From assembly GCA_964057225.1 (NCBI GenBank), contig CAXKVF010000073.1, forward strand, positions 744,001-808,000: DNA of 64,000 nt, in the 5' to 3' direction. Position 1 is the stretch's first letter; the number at the start of each line of letters is the position of its first letter. The notes beneath the pieces are model-generated. The model worked only from the letters and a program-made list of their open reading frames with translations, did no database searches and was not told the origin of the DNA. Shown piece by piece: positions 41,001-56,100 of this stretch. A program made the position numbers and the translations under genes. This DNA is from Auanema rhodensis. Its lineage: Eukaryota > Animalia > Nematoda.

Positions 41001-44000
41001 GTTCACGTAAATTTCAAAATCATGGTTACCATGAACCAATATCAATAAAAATTTGTTTTTAGACTAATATGGACATGGGGAATCTAATTTTGAAAACCGC
41101 ATCTCTTTATCTTTCACGTGAAGCGAGTTACATACCAAGTGCACATCACGTGTACATTTAATTAGCATAAATTAAAGTTCACGTAAATTTCAAAGTCATG
41201 GTTACCATGAAGCAATATCAATAAAAATTTGTTTTTAGACTAATATGGACATGGGGAATCTAATTTTGAAAACCGCATCTCTTTATCTTTCACGTGAAGC
41301 GAGTTACATACCAAGTGCACATCACGTGTACATTTAATTAGCATAAATTAAAGTTCACGTATATTTCAAAGTCATGGTTACCATGAACTAATATCAATAA
41401 AAATTTGTTTTTAGACTAATATGGACATGGGGAATCTAATTTTGAGAACCGCATCTCTTTATCTTTCACGTGAAGCGAGTTACATACCAAGTGCACATCA
41501 CGTGTACATTTAATTAGCATAAATTAAAGTTCACGTAAATTACAAAGTCATGGTTACCATGAACCAATATCAATAAAAATTTGTTTTTAGACTAATATGG
41601 ACATGGGGAATCTAATTTTGAAAACCGCATCTCTTTATCTTTCACGTGAAGCGAGTTACATACCAAGTGCACATCACGTGTACATTTAATTAGCATAAAT
41701 TAAAGTTCACGTATATTTCAAAGTCATGGTTACCATGAACTAATATCAATAAAAATTTGTTTTTAGACTAATATGGACATGGGGAATCTAATTTTGAGAA
41801 CCGCATCTCTTTATCTTTCACGTGAAGCGAGTTACATACCAAGTGCACATCACGTGTACATTTAATTAGCATAAATTAAAGTTCACGTAAATTACAAAGT
41901 CATGGTTACCATGAACCAATATCAATAAAAATTTGTTTTTAGACTAATATGGACATGGGGAATCTAATTTTGAAAACCGCATCTCTTTATCTTTCACGTG
42001 AAGCGAGTTACTTACCAAGTGCACATCACGTGTACATTTAATTAGCATAAATTAAAGTTCACGTAAATTTCAAAGTCATGGTTACCATGAACCAATATCA
42101 ATAAAAATTTGTTTTTAGACTAATATAGACATGGGGAATCTAATTTTGAAAACCGCATCTCTTTATCTTTCACGTGAAGCGAGTTACATACCAAGTGCAC
42201 ATCACGTGTACATTTAATTAGCATAAATTAAAGTTCACGTAAATTTCAAAGTCATGGTTACCATGAACCAATATCAATAAAAATTTGTTTTTAGACTAAT
42301 ATGGACATGGGGAATCTAATTTTGAAAACCGCATCTCTTCATCTTTCACGTGAAGCGAGTTACATACCAAGTGCACATCACGTGTACATTTAATTAGCAT
42401 AAATTAAAGTTCACGTAAATTTCAAAGTCATGGTTACCATGCACCAATGTCAATAAAAATTTGTTTTTAGACTAATATGGACATGGGAAATCTAATTTTG
42501 AAAACCGCATCTCTTTATCTTTCACGTGAAGCGAGTTACATACCAAGTGCACATCACGTGTACATTTAATTAGCATAAATTAAAGTTCACGTAAATTACA
42601 AAGTCATGGTTACCATGAACCAATATCAATAAAAATTTGTTTTTAGACTAATATGGACATGGGGAATCTAATTTTGAAAACCGCATCTCTTTATCTTTCA
42701 CGTGAAGCGAGTTACTTACCAAGTGCACATCACGTGTACATTTAATTAGCATAAATTAAAGTTCACGTAAATTTCAAAGTCATGGTTACCATGAACCAAT
42801 ATCAATAAAAATTTGTTTTTAGACTAATATAGACATGGGGAATCTAATTTTGAAAACCGCATCTCTTTATCTTTCACGTGAAGCGAGTTACATACCAAGT
42901 GCACATCACGTGTACATTTAATTAGCATAAATTAAAGTTCACGTAAATTTCAAAGTCATGGTTACCATGAACCAATATCAATAAAAATTTGTTTTTAGAC
43001 TAATATGGACATGGGGAATCTAATTTTGAAAACCGCATCTCTTCATCTTTCACGTGAAGCGAGTTACATACCAAGTGCACATCACGTGTACATTTAATTA
43101 GCATAAATTAAAGTTCACGTAAATTTCAAAGTCATGGTTACCATGCACCAATGTCAATAAAAATTTGTTTTTAGACTAATATGGACATGGGAAATCTAAT
43201 TTTGAAAACCGCATCTCTTTATCTTTCACGTGAAGCGAGTTACATACCAAGTGCACATCACGTGTACATTTAATTAGCATAAATTAAAGTTCACGTAAAT
43301 TTCAAAGTCATGGTTACCATGCACCAATATCAATAAAAATTCGTTTTTAGACTAATATGGACATGGGGAATCTAATTTTGAAAACCGCATCTCTTTATCT
43401 TTCACGTGAAGCGAGTTACATACCAAGTGCACATCACGTGTACATTTAATTAGCATAAATTAAAGTTCACGTAAATTTCAAAGTCATGGTTACCATGAAG
43501 CAATATCAATAAAAATTTGTTTTTAGACTAATATGGACATGGGGAATCTAATTTTGAAAACCGCATCTCTTTATCTTTCACGTGAAGCGAGTTACATACC
43601 AAGTGCACATCACGTGTACATTTAATTAGCATAAATTAAAGTTCACGTAAATTTCAAAGTCATGGTTACCATGAAGCAATATCAATAAAAATTTGTTTTT
43701 AGACTAATATGGACATGGGGAATCTAATTTTGAAAACCGCATCTCTTTATCTTTCACGTGAAGCGAGTTACATACCAAGTGCACATCACGTGTACATTTA
43801 ATTAGCATAAATTAAAGTTCACGTAAATTTCAAAGTCATGGTTACCATGAACCAATATCAATAAAAATTTGTTTTTAGACTAATATAGACATGGGGAATC
43901 TAATTTTGAAAACCGCATTTCTTTATCTTTCACGTGAAGCGAGTTACATACCAAGTGCACATCACGTGTACATTTAATTAGCATAAATTAAAGTTCACGT

Positions 44001-47000
44001 AAAATTCAAAGTCATGGTTACCATGAACCAATATCAATAAAAATTTGTTTTTAGACTAATATAGACATGGGGAATCTAATTTTGAAAACCGCATCTCTTT
44101 ATCTTTCACGTGAAGCGAGTTACATACCAAGTGCACATCACGTGTACATTTAATTAGCATAAATTAAAGTTCACGTAAATTTCAAAGTCATGGTTACCAT
44201 GAACCAATATCAATAAAAATTTGTTTTTAGACTAATATGGACATGGGGAATCTAATTTTGAAAACCGCATCTCTTTATCTTTCACGTGAAGCGAGTTACA
44301 TACCAAGTGCACATCACGTGTACATTTAATTAGCATAAATTAAAGTTCACGTAAATTTCAAAGTCATGGTTACCATGAAGCAATATCAATAAAAATTTGT
44401 TTTTAGACTAATATGGACATGGGGAATCTAATTTTGAAAACCGCATCTCTTTATCTTTCACGTGAAGCGAGTTACATACCAAGTGCACATCACGTGTACA
44501 TTTAATTAGCATAAATTAAAGTTCACGTAAATTTCAAAGTCATGGTTACCATGAAGCAATATCAATAAAAATTTGTTTTTAGACTAATATGGACATGGGG
44601 AATCTAATTTTGAAAACCGCATCTCTTTATCTTTCACGTGAAGCGAGTTACATACCAAGTGCACATCACGTGTACATTTAATTAGCATAAATTAAAGTTC
44701 ACGTAAATTTCAAAGTCATGGTTACCATGAACCAATATCAATAAAAATTTGTTTTTAGACTAATATGGACATGGGGAATCTAATTTTGAAAACCGCATTT
44801 CTTTATCTTTCACGTGAAGCGAGTTACATACCAAGTGCACATCACGTGTACATTTAATTAGCATAAATTAAAGTTCACGTAAAATTCAAAGTCATGGTTA
44901 CCATGAACCAATATCAATAAAAATTTGTTTTTAGACTAATATGGACATGGGCAATCTAATTTTGAAAACCGCATCTCTTTATCTTTCACGTGAAGTGAGT
45001 TACATACCAAGTGTACATCAAGTGTACATTTAATTAGCATAAATTAAAGTTCACGTAAATTTCAAAGTCATGGTTACCATGCACCAATATCAATAAAAAT
45101 TTGTTTTTAGACTTATATGGACATGGGGAATCTAATTTTGAAAACCGCATCTCTTTATCTTTCACGTGAAGCGAGTTACATACCAAGTGCACATCACGTG
45201 TACATTTAATTAGCATAAATTAAAGTTCACGTATATTTCAAAGTCATGGTTACCATGAACTAATATCAGTAAAAATTTGTTTTTAGACTAATATGGACAT
45301 GGGGAATCTAATTTTGAAAACCGCATCTCTTTATCTTTCACGTGAAGCGAGTTACATACCAAGTGCACATCACGTGTACATTTAATTAGCATAAATTAAA
45401 GTTCACGTAATTTTCAAAATCATGGTTACCATGAACCAATATCAATAAAAATTTGTTTTTAGACTAATATGGACATGGGGAATCTAATTTTGAAAACCGC
45501 ATCTCTTTATCTTTCACGTGAAGCGAGTTACATACCAAGTGCACATCACGTGTACATTTAATTAGCATAAATTAAAGTTCACGTAAATTTCAAAGTCATG
45601 GTTACCATGAAGCAATATCAATAAAAATTTGTTTTTAGACTAATATGGACATGGGGAATCTAATTTTGAAAACCGCATCTCTTTATCTTTCACGTGAAGC
45701 GAGTTACATACCAAGTGCACATCACGTGTACATTTAATTAGCATAAATTAAAGTTCACGTATATTTCAAAGTCATGGTTACCATGAACTAATATCAATAA
45801 AAATTTGTTTTTAGACTAATATGGACATGGGGAATCTAATTTTGAGAACCGCATCTCTTTATCTTTCACGTGAAGCGAGTTACATACCAAGTGCACATCA
45901 CGTGTACATTTAATTAGCATAAATTAAAGTTCACGTAAATTACAAAGTCATGGTTACCATGAACCAATATCAATAAAAATTTGTTTTTAGACTAATATGG
46001 ACATGGGGAATCTAATTTTGAAAACCGCATCTCTTTATCTTTCACGTGAAGCGAGTTACATACCAAGTGCACATCACGTGTACATTTAATTAGCATAAAT
46101 TAAAGTTCACGTAAATTTCAAAGTCATGGTTACCATGAAGCAATATCAATAAAAATTTGTTTTTAGACTAATATGGACATGGGGAATCTAATTTTGAAAA
46201 CCGCATCTCTTTATCTTTCACGTGAAGCGAGTTACATACCAAGTGCACATCACGTGTACATTTAATTAGCATAAATTAAAGTTCACGTATATTTCAAAGT
46301 CATGGTTACCATGAACTAATATCAATAAAAATTTGTTTTTAGACTAATATGGACATGGGGAATCTAATTTTGAAAACCGCATCTCTTTATCTTTCACGTG
46401 AAGCGAGTTACATACCAAGTGCACATCACGTGTACATTTAATTAGCATAAATTAAAGTTCACGTAAATTTCAAAGTCATGGTTACCATGAACCAATATCA
46501 ATAAAAATTTGTTTTTAGACTAATATGGACATGGGGAATCTAATTTTGAAAACCGCATCTCTTTATCTTTCACGTGAAGCGAGTTACATACCAAGTGCAC
46601 ATCACGTGTACATTTAATTGGCATAAATTAAAGTTCACGTAAATTTCAAAGTCATGGTTACCATGCACCAATATCAATAAAAATTTGTTTTTAGACTAAT
46701 ATGGACATGGGGAATCTAATTTTGAAAACCGCATCTCTTTATCTTTCACGTGAAGCGAGTTACATACCAAGTGCACATCACGTGTACATTTAATTAGCAT
46801 AAATTAAAGTTCACGTAAAATTCAAAGTCATGGTTACCATGAACCAATATCAATAAAAATTTGTTTTTAGACTAATATAGACATGGGGAATCTAATTTTG
46901 AAAACCGCATCTCTTTATCTTTCACGTGAAGCGAGTTACATACCAAGTGCACATCACGTGTACATTTAATTAGCATAAATTAAAGTTCACGTAAATTTCA

Positions 47001-49275
47001 AAGTCATGGTTACCATGAACCAATATCAATAAAAATTTGTTTTTAGACTAATATAGACATGGGGAATCTAATTTTGAAAACCGCATTTCTTTATCTTTCA
47101 CGTGAAGCGAGTTACATACCAAGTGCACATCACGTGTACATTTAATTAGCATAAATTAAAGTTCACGTAAAATTCAAAGTCATGGTTACCATGAACCAAT
47201 ATCAATAAAAATTTGTTTTTAGACTAATATAGACATGGGGAATCTAATTTTGAAAACCTCATCTCTTTATCTTTCACGTGAAGCGAGTTACATACCAAGT
47301 GCACATCACGTGTACATTTAATTAGCATAAATTAAAGTTCACGTAAATTTCAAAGTCATGGTTACCATGAACCAATATCAATAAAAATTTGTTTTTAGAC
47401 TAATATAGACATGGGGAATCTAATTTTGAAAACCGCATCTCTTTATCTTTCACGTGAAGCGAGTTACATACCAAGTGCACATCACGTGTACATTTAATTA
47501 GCATAAATTAAAGTTCACGTAAATTTCAAAGTCATGGTTACCATGAAGCAATATCAATAAAAATTTGTTTTTAGACTAATATGGACATGGGGAATCTAAT
47601 TTTGAAAACCGCATCTCTTTATCTTTCACGTGAAGCGAGTTACATACCAAGTGCACATCACGTGTACATTTAATTAGCATAAATTAAAGTTCACGTAAAT
47701 TTCAAAGTCATGGTTACCATGAAGCAATATCAATAAAAATTTGTTTTTAGACTAATATGGACATGGGGAATCTAATTTTGAAAACCGCATCTCTTTATCT
47801 TTCACGTTAAGCGAGTTACATACCAAGTGCACATCACGTGTACATTTAATTAGCATAAATTAAAGTTCACGTAAATTTCAAAGTCATGGTTACCATGAAC
47901 CAATATCAATAAAAATTTGTTTTTAGACTAATATGGACATGGGGAATCTAATTTTGAAAACCGCATTTCTTTATCTTTCACGTGAAGCGAGTTACATACC
48001 AAGTGCACATCACGTGTACATTTAATTAGCATAAATTAAAGTTCACGTAAAATTCAAAGTCATGGTTACCATGAACCAATATCAATAAAAATTTGTTTTT
48101 AGACTAATATGGACATGGGCAATCTAATTTTGAAAACCGCATCTCTTTATCTTTCACGTGAAGTGAGTTACATACCAAGTGTACATCAAGTGTACATTTA
48201 ATTAGCATAAATTAAAGTTCACGTAAATTTCAAAGTCATGGTTACCATGCACCAATATCAATAAAAATTTGTTTTTAGACTAATATGGACATGGGGAATC
48301 TAATTTTGAAAACCGCATCTCTTTATCTTTCACGTGAAGCGAGTTACATACCAAGTGCACATCACGTGTACATTTAATTAGCATAAATTAAAGTTCACGT
48401 ATATTTCAAAGTCATGGTTACCATGAACTAATATCAGTAAAAATTTGTTTTTAGACTAATATGGACATGGGGAATCTAATTTTGAAAACCGCATCTCTTT
48501 ATCTTTCACGTGAAGCGAGTTACATACCAAGTGCACATCACGTGTACATTTAATTAGCATAAATTAAAGTTCACGTAAATTTCAAAATCATGGTTACCAT
48601 GAACCAATATCAATAAAAATTTGTTTTTAGACTAATATGGACATGGGGAATCTAATTTTGAAAACCGCATCTCTTTATCTTTCACGTGAAGCGAGTTACA
48701 TACCAAGTGCACATCACGTGTACATTTAATTAGCATAAATTAAAGTTCACGTAAATTTCAAAGTCATGGTTACCATGAAGCAATATCAATAAAAATTTGT
48801 TTTTAGACTAATATGGACATGGGGAATCTAATTTTGAAAACCGCATCTCTTTATCTTTCACGTGAAGCGAGTTACATACCAAGTGCACATCACGTGTACA
48901 TTTAATTAGCATAAATTAAAGTTCACGTATATTTCAAAGTCATGGTTACCATGAACTAATATCAATAAAAATTTGTTTTTAGACTAATATGGACATGGGG
49001 AATCTAATTTTGAGAACCGCATCTCTTTATCTTTCACGTGAAGCGAGTTACATACCAAGTGCACATCACGTGTACATTTAATTAGCATAAATTAAAGTTC
49101 ACGTAAATTACAAAGTCATGGTTACCATGAACCAATATCAATAAAAATTTGTTTTTAGACTAATATGGACATGGGGAATCTAATTTTGAAAACCGCATCT
49201 CTTTATCTTTCACGTGAAGCGAGTTACATACCAAGTGCACATCACGTGTACATTTAATTAGCATAAATTAAAGTT
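35020..49275. repeat. Largest higher-order duplication: 38 monomers at 43-monomer (7568-bp) offset (35020-41707 vs 42588-49275), each copy containing an inner repeat at 18-monomer offset
   Basis: G96T 39691/47259, A161G 39052/46620, A38G+G77A monomers 35548/43116 and T51C monomers 35724/43292 are all offset by 7568. The C121T+C139T+C146A monomer occurs at 37308, 40476, 44876 and 48044 (offsets 18, 25, 18). Confidence 0.92.
41884..43291. repeat. 4-monomer tandem duplication at the junction of the 43-mer copies
   Basis: A129T at 42012/42716 (offset 704); A38G+G77A monomers at 42412/43116. Confidence 0.87.
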
Positions 49276-50155
49276 CACGTAAAATTCAAAGTCATGGTTA
49301 CCATGAACCAATATCAATAAAAATTTGTTTTTAGACTAATATGGACATGGGCAATCTAATTTTGAAAACCGCATCTCTTTATCTTTCACGTGAAGCGAGT
49401 TACATACCAAGTGCACATCACGTGTACATTTAATTAGCATAAATTAAAGTTCACGTAAATTTCAAAGTCATGGTTACCATGAAGCAATATCAATAAAAAT
49501 TTGTTTTTAGACTAATATGGACATGGGGAATCTAATTTTGAAAACCGCATCTCTTTATCTTTCACGTGAAGCGAGTTACATACCAAGTGCACATCACGTG
49601 TACATTTAATTAGCATAAATTAAAGTTCACGTAAATTTCAAAGTCATGGTTACCATGAACCAATATCAATAAAAATTTGTTTTTAGACTAATATGGACAT
49701 GGGGAATCTAATTTTGAAAACCGCATCTCTTTATCTTTCACGTGAAGCGAGTTACATACCAAGTGCACATCACGTGTACATTTAATTAGCATAAATTAAA
49801 GTTCACGTAAATTTCAAAGTCATGGTTACCATGAACCAATATCAATAAAAATTTGTTTTTAGACTAATATGGACATGGGGAATCTAATTTTGAAAACCGC
49901 ATCTCTTTATCTTTCACGTGAAGCGAGTTACATACCAAGTGCACATCACGTGTACATTTAATTAGCATAAATTAAAGTTCACGTAAATTTCAAAGTCATG
50001 GTTACCATGAAGCAATATCAATAAAAATTTGTTTTTAGACTAATATGGACATGGGGAATCTAATTTTGAAAACCGCATCTCTTTATCTTTCACGTGAAGC
50101 GAGTTACATACCAAGTGTACATCAAGTGTACATTTAATTAGCATAAATTAAAGTT

Positions 50156-53100
50156 CACGTAAATTTCAAAGTCATGGTTACCATGCACCAATATCAATAA
50201 AAATTTGTTTTTAGACTAATATGGACATGGGGAATCTAATTTTGAGAACCGCATCTCTTTATCTTTCACGTGAAGCGAGTTACATACCAAGTGCACATCA
50301 CGTGTACATTTAATTAGCATAAATTAAAGTTCACGTAAATTACAAAGTCATGGTTACCATGAACCAATATCAATAAAAATTTGTTTTTAGACTAATATGG
50401 ACATGGGGAATCTAATTTTGAAAACCGCATCTCTTTATCTTTCACGTGAAGCGAGTTACATACCAAGTGCACATCACGTGTACATTTAATTAGCATAAAT
50501 TAAAGTTCACGTAAATTTCAAAGTCATGGTTACCATGAAGCAATATCAATAAAAATTTGTTTTTAGACTAATATGGACATGGGGAATCTAATTTTGAAAA
50601 CCGCATCTCTTTATCTTTCACGTGAAGCGAGTTACATACCAAGTGCACATCACGTGTACATTTAATTAGCATAAATTAAAGTTCACGTAAAATTCAAAGT
50701 CATGGTTACCATGAACCAATATCAATAAAAATTTGTTTTTAGACTAATATGGACATGGGCAATCTAATTTTGAAAACCGCATCTCTTTATCTTTCACGTG
50801 AAGCGAGTTACATACCAAGTGTACATCAAGTGTACATTTAATTAGCATAAATTAAAGTTCACGTAAATTTCAAAGTCATGGTTACCATGCACCAATATCA
50901 ATAAAAATTTGTTTTTAGACTAATATGGACATGGGGAATCTAATTTTGAAAACCGCATCTCTTTATCTTTCACGTGAAGCGAGTTACATACCAAGTGCAC
51001 ATCACGTGTACATTTAATTAGCATAAATTAAAGTTCACGTATATTTCAAAGTCATGGTTACCATGAACTAATATCAATAAAAATTTGTTTTTAGACTAAT
51101 ATGGACATGGGGAATCTAATTTTGAAAACCGCATCTCTTTATCTTTCACGTGAAGCGAGTTACATACCAAGTGCACATCACGTGTACATTTAATTAGCAT
51201 AAATTAAAGTTCACGTAAATTTCAAAGTCATGGTTACCATGAACCAATATCAATAAAAATTTGTTTTTAGACTAATATGGACATGGGGAATCTAATTTTG
51301 AAAACCGCATCTCTTTATCTTTCACGTGAAGCGAGTTACATACCAAGTGCACATCACGTGTACATTTAATTGGCATAAATTAAAGTTCACGTAAATTTCA
51401 AAGTCATGGTTACCATGCACCAATATCAATAAAAATTTGTTTTTAGACTAATATGGACATGAAGAATCTAATTTTGAAAACCGCATCTCTTTATCTTTCA
51501 CGTGAAGCGAGTTACATACCAAGTGCACATCACGTGTACATTTAATTAGCATAAATTAAAGTTCACGTAAAATTCAAAGTCATGGTTACCATGAACCAAT
51601 ATCAATAAAAATTTGTTTTTAGACTAATATAGACATGGGGAATCTAATTTTGAAAACCGCATCTCTTTATCTTTCACGTGAAGCGAGTTACATACCAAGT
51701 GCACATCACGTGTACATTTAATTAGCATAAATTAAAGTTCACGTAAATTTCAAAGTCATGGTTACCATGAACCAATATCAATAAAAATTTGTTTTTAGAC
51801 TAATATGGACATGGGGAATCTAATTTTGAAAACCGCATCTCTTTATCTTTCACGTGAAGCGAGTTACATACCAAGTGCACATCACGTGTACATTTAATTA
51901 GCATAAATTAAAGTTCACGTAAATTACAAAGTCATGGTTACCATGAACCAATATCAATAAAAATTTGTTTTTAGACTAATATGGACATGGGGAATCTAAT
52001 TTTGGAAACCGCATCTCTTTATCTTTCACGTGAAGCGAGTTACATACCAAGTGCACATCACGTGTACATTTAATTAGCATAAATTAAAGTTCACGTAAAT
52101 TTCAAAGTCATGGTTACCATGAAACAATATCAATAAAAATTTGTTTTTAGACTAATATGGACATGGGGAATCTAATTTTGAAAACCGCATCTCTTTATCT
52201 TTCACGTGAAGCGAGTTACATACCAAGTGCACATCACGTGTACATTTAATTAGCATAAATTAAAGTTCACGTAAATTGCAAAGTCATGGTTACCATGAAC
52301 CAATATCAATAAAAATTTGTTTTTAGACTAATATGGACATGGGGAATCTAATTTTGAAAACCGCATCTCTTTATCTTTCACGTGAAGCGAGTTACATACC
52401 AAGTGCACATCACGTGTACATTTAATTAGCATAAATTAAAGTTCACGTAAATTTCAAAGTCATGGTTACCATGAACCAATATCAATAAAAATTTGTTTTT
52501 AGACTAATATGGACATGGGGAATCTAATTTTGAAAACCCCATCTCTTTATCTTTCACGTGAAGCGAGTTACATACCAAGTGCACATCACGTGTACATTTA
52601 ATTAGCATAAATTAAAGTTCACGTAAATTTCAAAGTCATGGTTACCATGCACCAATATCAATAAAAATTTGTTTTTAGACTAATATGGACATGGGCAATC
52701 TAATTTTGAAAACCGCATCTCTTTATCTTTCACGTGAAGCGAGTTACATACCAAGTGCACATCACGTGTACATTTAATTAGCATAAATTAAAGTTCACGT
52801 AAAATTCAAAGTCATGGTTACCATGAACCAATATCAATAAAAATTTGTTTTTAGACTAATATGGACATGGGGAATCTAATTTTGAAAACCGCATCTCTTT
52901 ATCTTTCACGTGAAGCGAGTTACATACCAAGTGCACATCACGTGTACATTTAATTAGCATAATTTAAAGTTCACGTAAATTTCAAAGTCATGGTTACCAT
53001 GAACCAATATCAATAAAAATTTGTTTTTAGACTAATATGGACATGGGGAATCTAATTTTGAAAACCGCATCTCTTTATCTTTCACGTGAAGCGAGTTACA

Positions 53101-56100
53101 TACCAAGTGCACATCACGTGTACATTTAATTAGCATAAATTAAAGTTCACGTAAATTTCAAAGTCATGGTTACCATGAACCAATATCAATAAAAATTTGT
53201 TTTTAGACTAATATGGACATGGGGAATCTAATTTTGAAAACCGCATCTCTTTATCTTTCACGTGAAGCGAGTTACATACCAAGTGCACATCACGTGTACA
53301 TTTAATTAGCATAATTTAAAGTTCACGTAAATTTCAAAGTCATGGTTACCATGAACCAATATCAATAAAAATTTGTTTTTAGACTAATATGGACATGGGG
53401 AATCTAATTTTGAAAACCGCATCTCTTTATCTTTCACGTGAAGCGAGTTACATACCAAGTGCACATCACGTGTACATTTAATTAGCATAAATTAAAGTTC
53501 ACGTAAATTTCAAAGTCATGGTTACCATGAACCAATATCAATAAAAATTTGTTTTTAGACTAATATGGACATGGGGAATCTAATTTTGAGAACCGCATCT
53601 CTTTATCTTTCACGTGAAGCGAGTTACATACCAAGTGCACATCACGTGTACATTTAATTAGCATAAATTAAAGTTCACGTAAATTACAAAGTCATGGTTA
53701 CCATGAACCAATATCAATAAAAATTTGTTTTTAGACTAATATGGACATGGGGAATCTAATTTTGAAAACCGCATCTCTTTATCTTTCACGTGAAGCGAGT
53801 TACATACCAAGTGCACATCACGTGTACATTTAATTAGCATAAATTAAAGTTCACGTAAATTTCAAAGTCATGGTTACCATGAAGCAATATCAATAAAAAT
53901 TTGTTTTTAGACTAATATGGACATGGGGAATCTAATTTTGAAAACCGCATCTCTTTATCTTTCACGTGAAGCGAGTTACATACCAAGTGCACATCACGTG
54001 TACATTTAATTAGCATAAATTAAAGTTCACGTAAATTACAAAGTCATGGTTACCATGAACCAATATCAATAAAAATTTGTTTTTAGACTAATATGGACAT
54101 GGGGAATCTAATTTTGAAAACCCCATCTCTTTATCTTTCACGTGAAGCGAGTTACATACCAAGTGCACATCACGTGTACATTTAATTAGCATAAATTAAA
54201 GTTCACGTAAATTTCAAAGTCATGGTTACCATGCACCAATATCAATAAAAATTTGTTTTTAGACTAATATGGACATGGGCAATCTAATTTTGAAAACCGC
54301 ATCTCTTTATCTTTCACGTGAAGCGAGTTACATACCAAGTGCACATCACGTGTACATTTAATTAGCATAAATTAAAGTTCACGTAAAATTCAAAGTCATG
54401 GTTACCATGAACCAATATCAATAAAAATTTGTTTTTAGACTAATATGGACATGGGGAATCTAATTTTGAAAACCCCATCTCTTTATCTTTCACGTGAAGC
54501 GAGTTACATACCAAGTGCACATCACGTGTACATTTAATTAGCATAAATTAAAGTTCACGTAAATTACAAAGTCATGGTTACCATGAACCAATATCAATAA
54601 AAATTTGTTTTTAGACTAATATGGACATGGGGAATCTAATTTTGAAAACCGCATCTCTTTATCTTTCACGTGAAGCGAGTTACATACCAAGTGCACATCA
54701 CGTGTACATTTAATTAGCATAAATTAAAGTTCACGTAAATTTCAAAGTCATGGTTACCATGAAGCAATATCAATAAAAATTTGTTTTTAGACTAATATGG
54801 ACATGGGGAATCTAATTTTGAAAACCGCATCTCTTTATCTTTCACGTGAAGCGAGTTACATACCAAGTGCACATCACGTGTACATTTAATTAGCATAAAT
54901 TAAAGTTCACGTAAATTACAAAGTCATGGTTACCATGAACCAATATCAATAAAAATTTGTTTTTAGACTAATATGGACATGGGGAATCTAATTTTGAAAA
55001 CCCCATCTCTTTATCTTTCACGTGAAGCGAGTTACATACCAAGTGCACATCACGTGTACATTTAATTAGCATAAATTAAAGTTCACGTAAATTTCAAAGT
55101 CATGGTTACCATGCACCAATATCAATAAAAATTTGTTTTTAGACTAATATGGACATGGGCAATCTAATTTTGAAAACCGCATCTCTTTATCTTTCACGTG
55201 AAGCGAGTTACATACCAAGTGCACATCACGTGTACATTTAATTAGCATAAATTAAAGTTCACGTAAAATTCAAAGTCATGGTTACCATGAACCAATATCA
55301 ATAAAAATTTGTTTTTAGACTAATATGGACATGGGGAATCTAATTTTGAAAACCGCATCTCTTTATCTTTCACGTGAAGCGAGTTACATACCAAGTGCAC
55401 ATCACGTGTACATTTAATTAGCATAATTTAAAGTTCACGTAAATTTCAAAGTCATGGTTACCATGAACCAATATCAATAAAAATTTGTTTTTAGACTAAT
55501 ATGGACATGGGGAATCTAATTTTGAAAACCGCATCTCTTTATCTTTCACGTGAAGCGAGTTACATACCAAGTGCACATCACGTGTACATTTAATTAGCAT
55601 AAATTAAAGTTCACGTAAATTTCAAAGTCATGGTTACCATGAACCAATATCAATAAAAATTTGTTTTTAGACTAATATGGACATGGGGAATCTAATTTTG
55701 AAAACCGCATCTCTTTATCTTTCACGTGAAGCGAGTTACATACCAAGTGCACATCACGTGTACATTTAATTAGCATAATTTAAAGTTCACGTAAATTTCA
55801 AAGTCATGGTTACCATGAACCAATATCAATAAAAATTTGTTTTTAGACTAATATGGACATGGGGAATCTAATTTTGAAAACCGCATCTCTTTATCTTTCA
55901 CGTGAAGCGAGTTACATACCAAGTGCACATCACGTGTACATTTAATTAGCATAAATTAAAGTTCACGTAAATTTCAAAGTCATGGTTACCATGAACCAAT
56001 ATCAATAAAAATTTGTTTTTAGACTAATATGGACATGGGGAATCTAATTTTGAGAACCGCATCTCTTTATCTTTCACGTGAAGCGAGTTACATACCAAGT

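Noticed and set aside
45034-45216. 60-aa minus-strand ORF (MLIKCTRDVH...)
   Set aside because: It is one satellite monomer read in reverse. A private A63T change at 45114 turns the usual TAG into AAG, and all other monomers keep the stop. There is no recognisable domain, and 176 is not a multiple of 3, so no repeat protein can be encoded.
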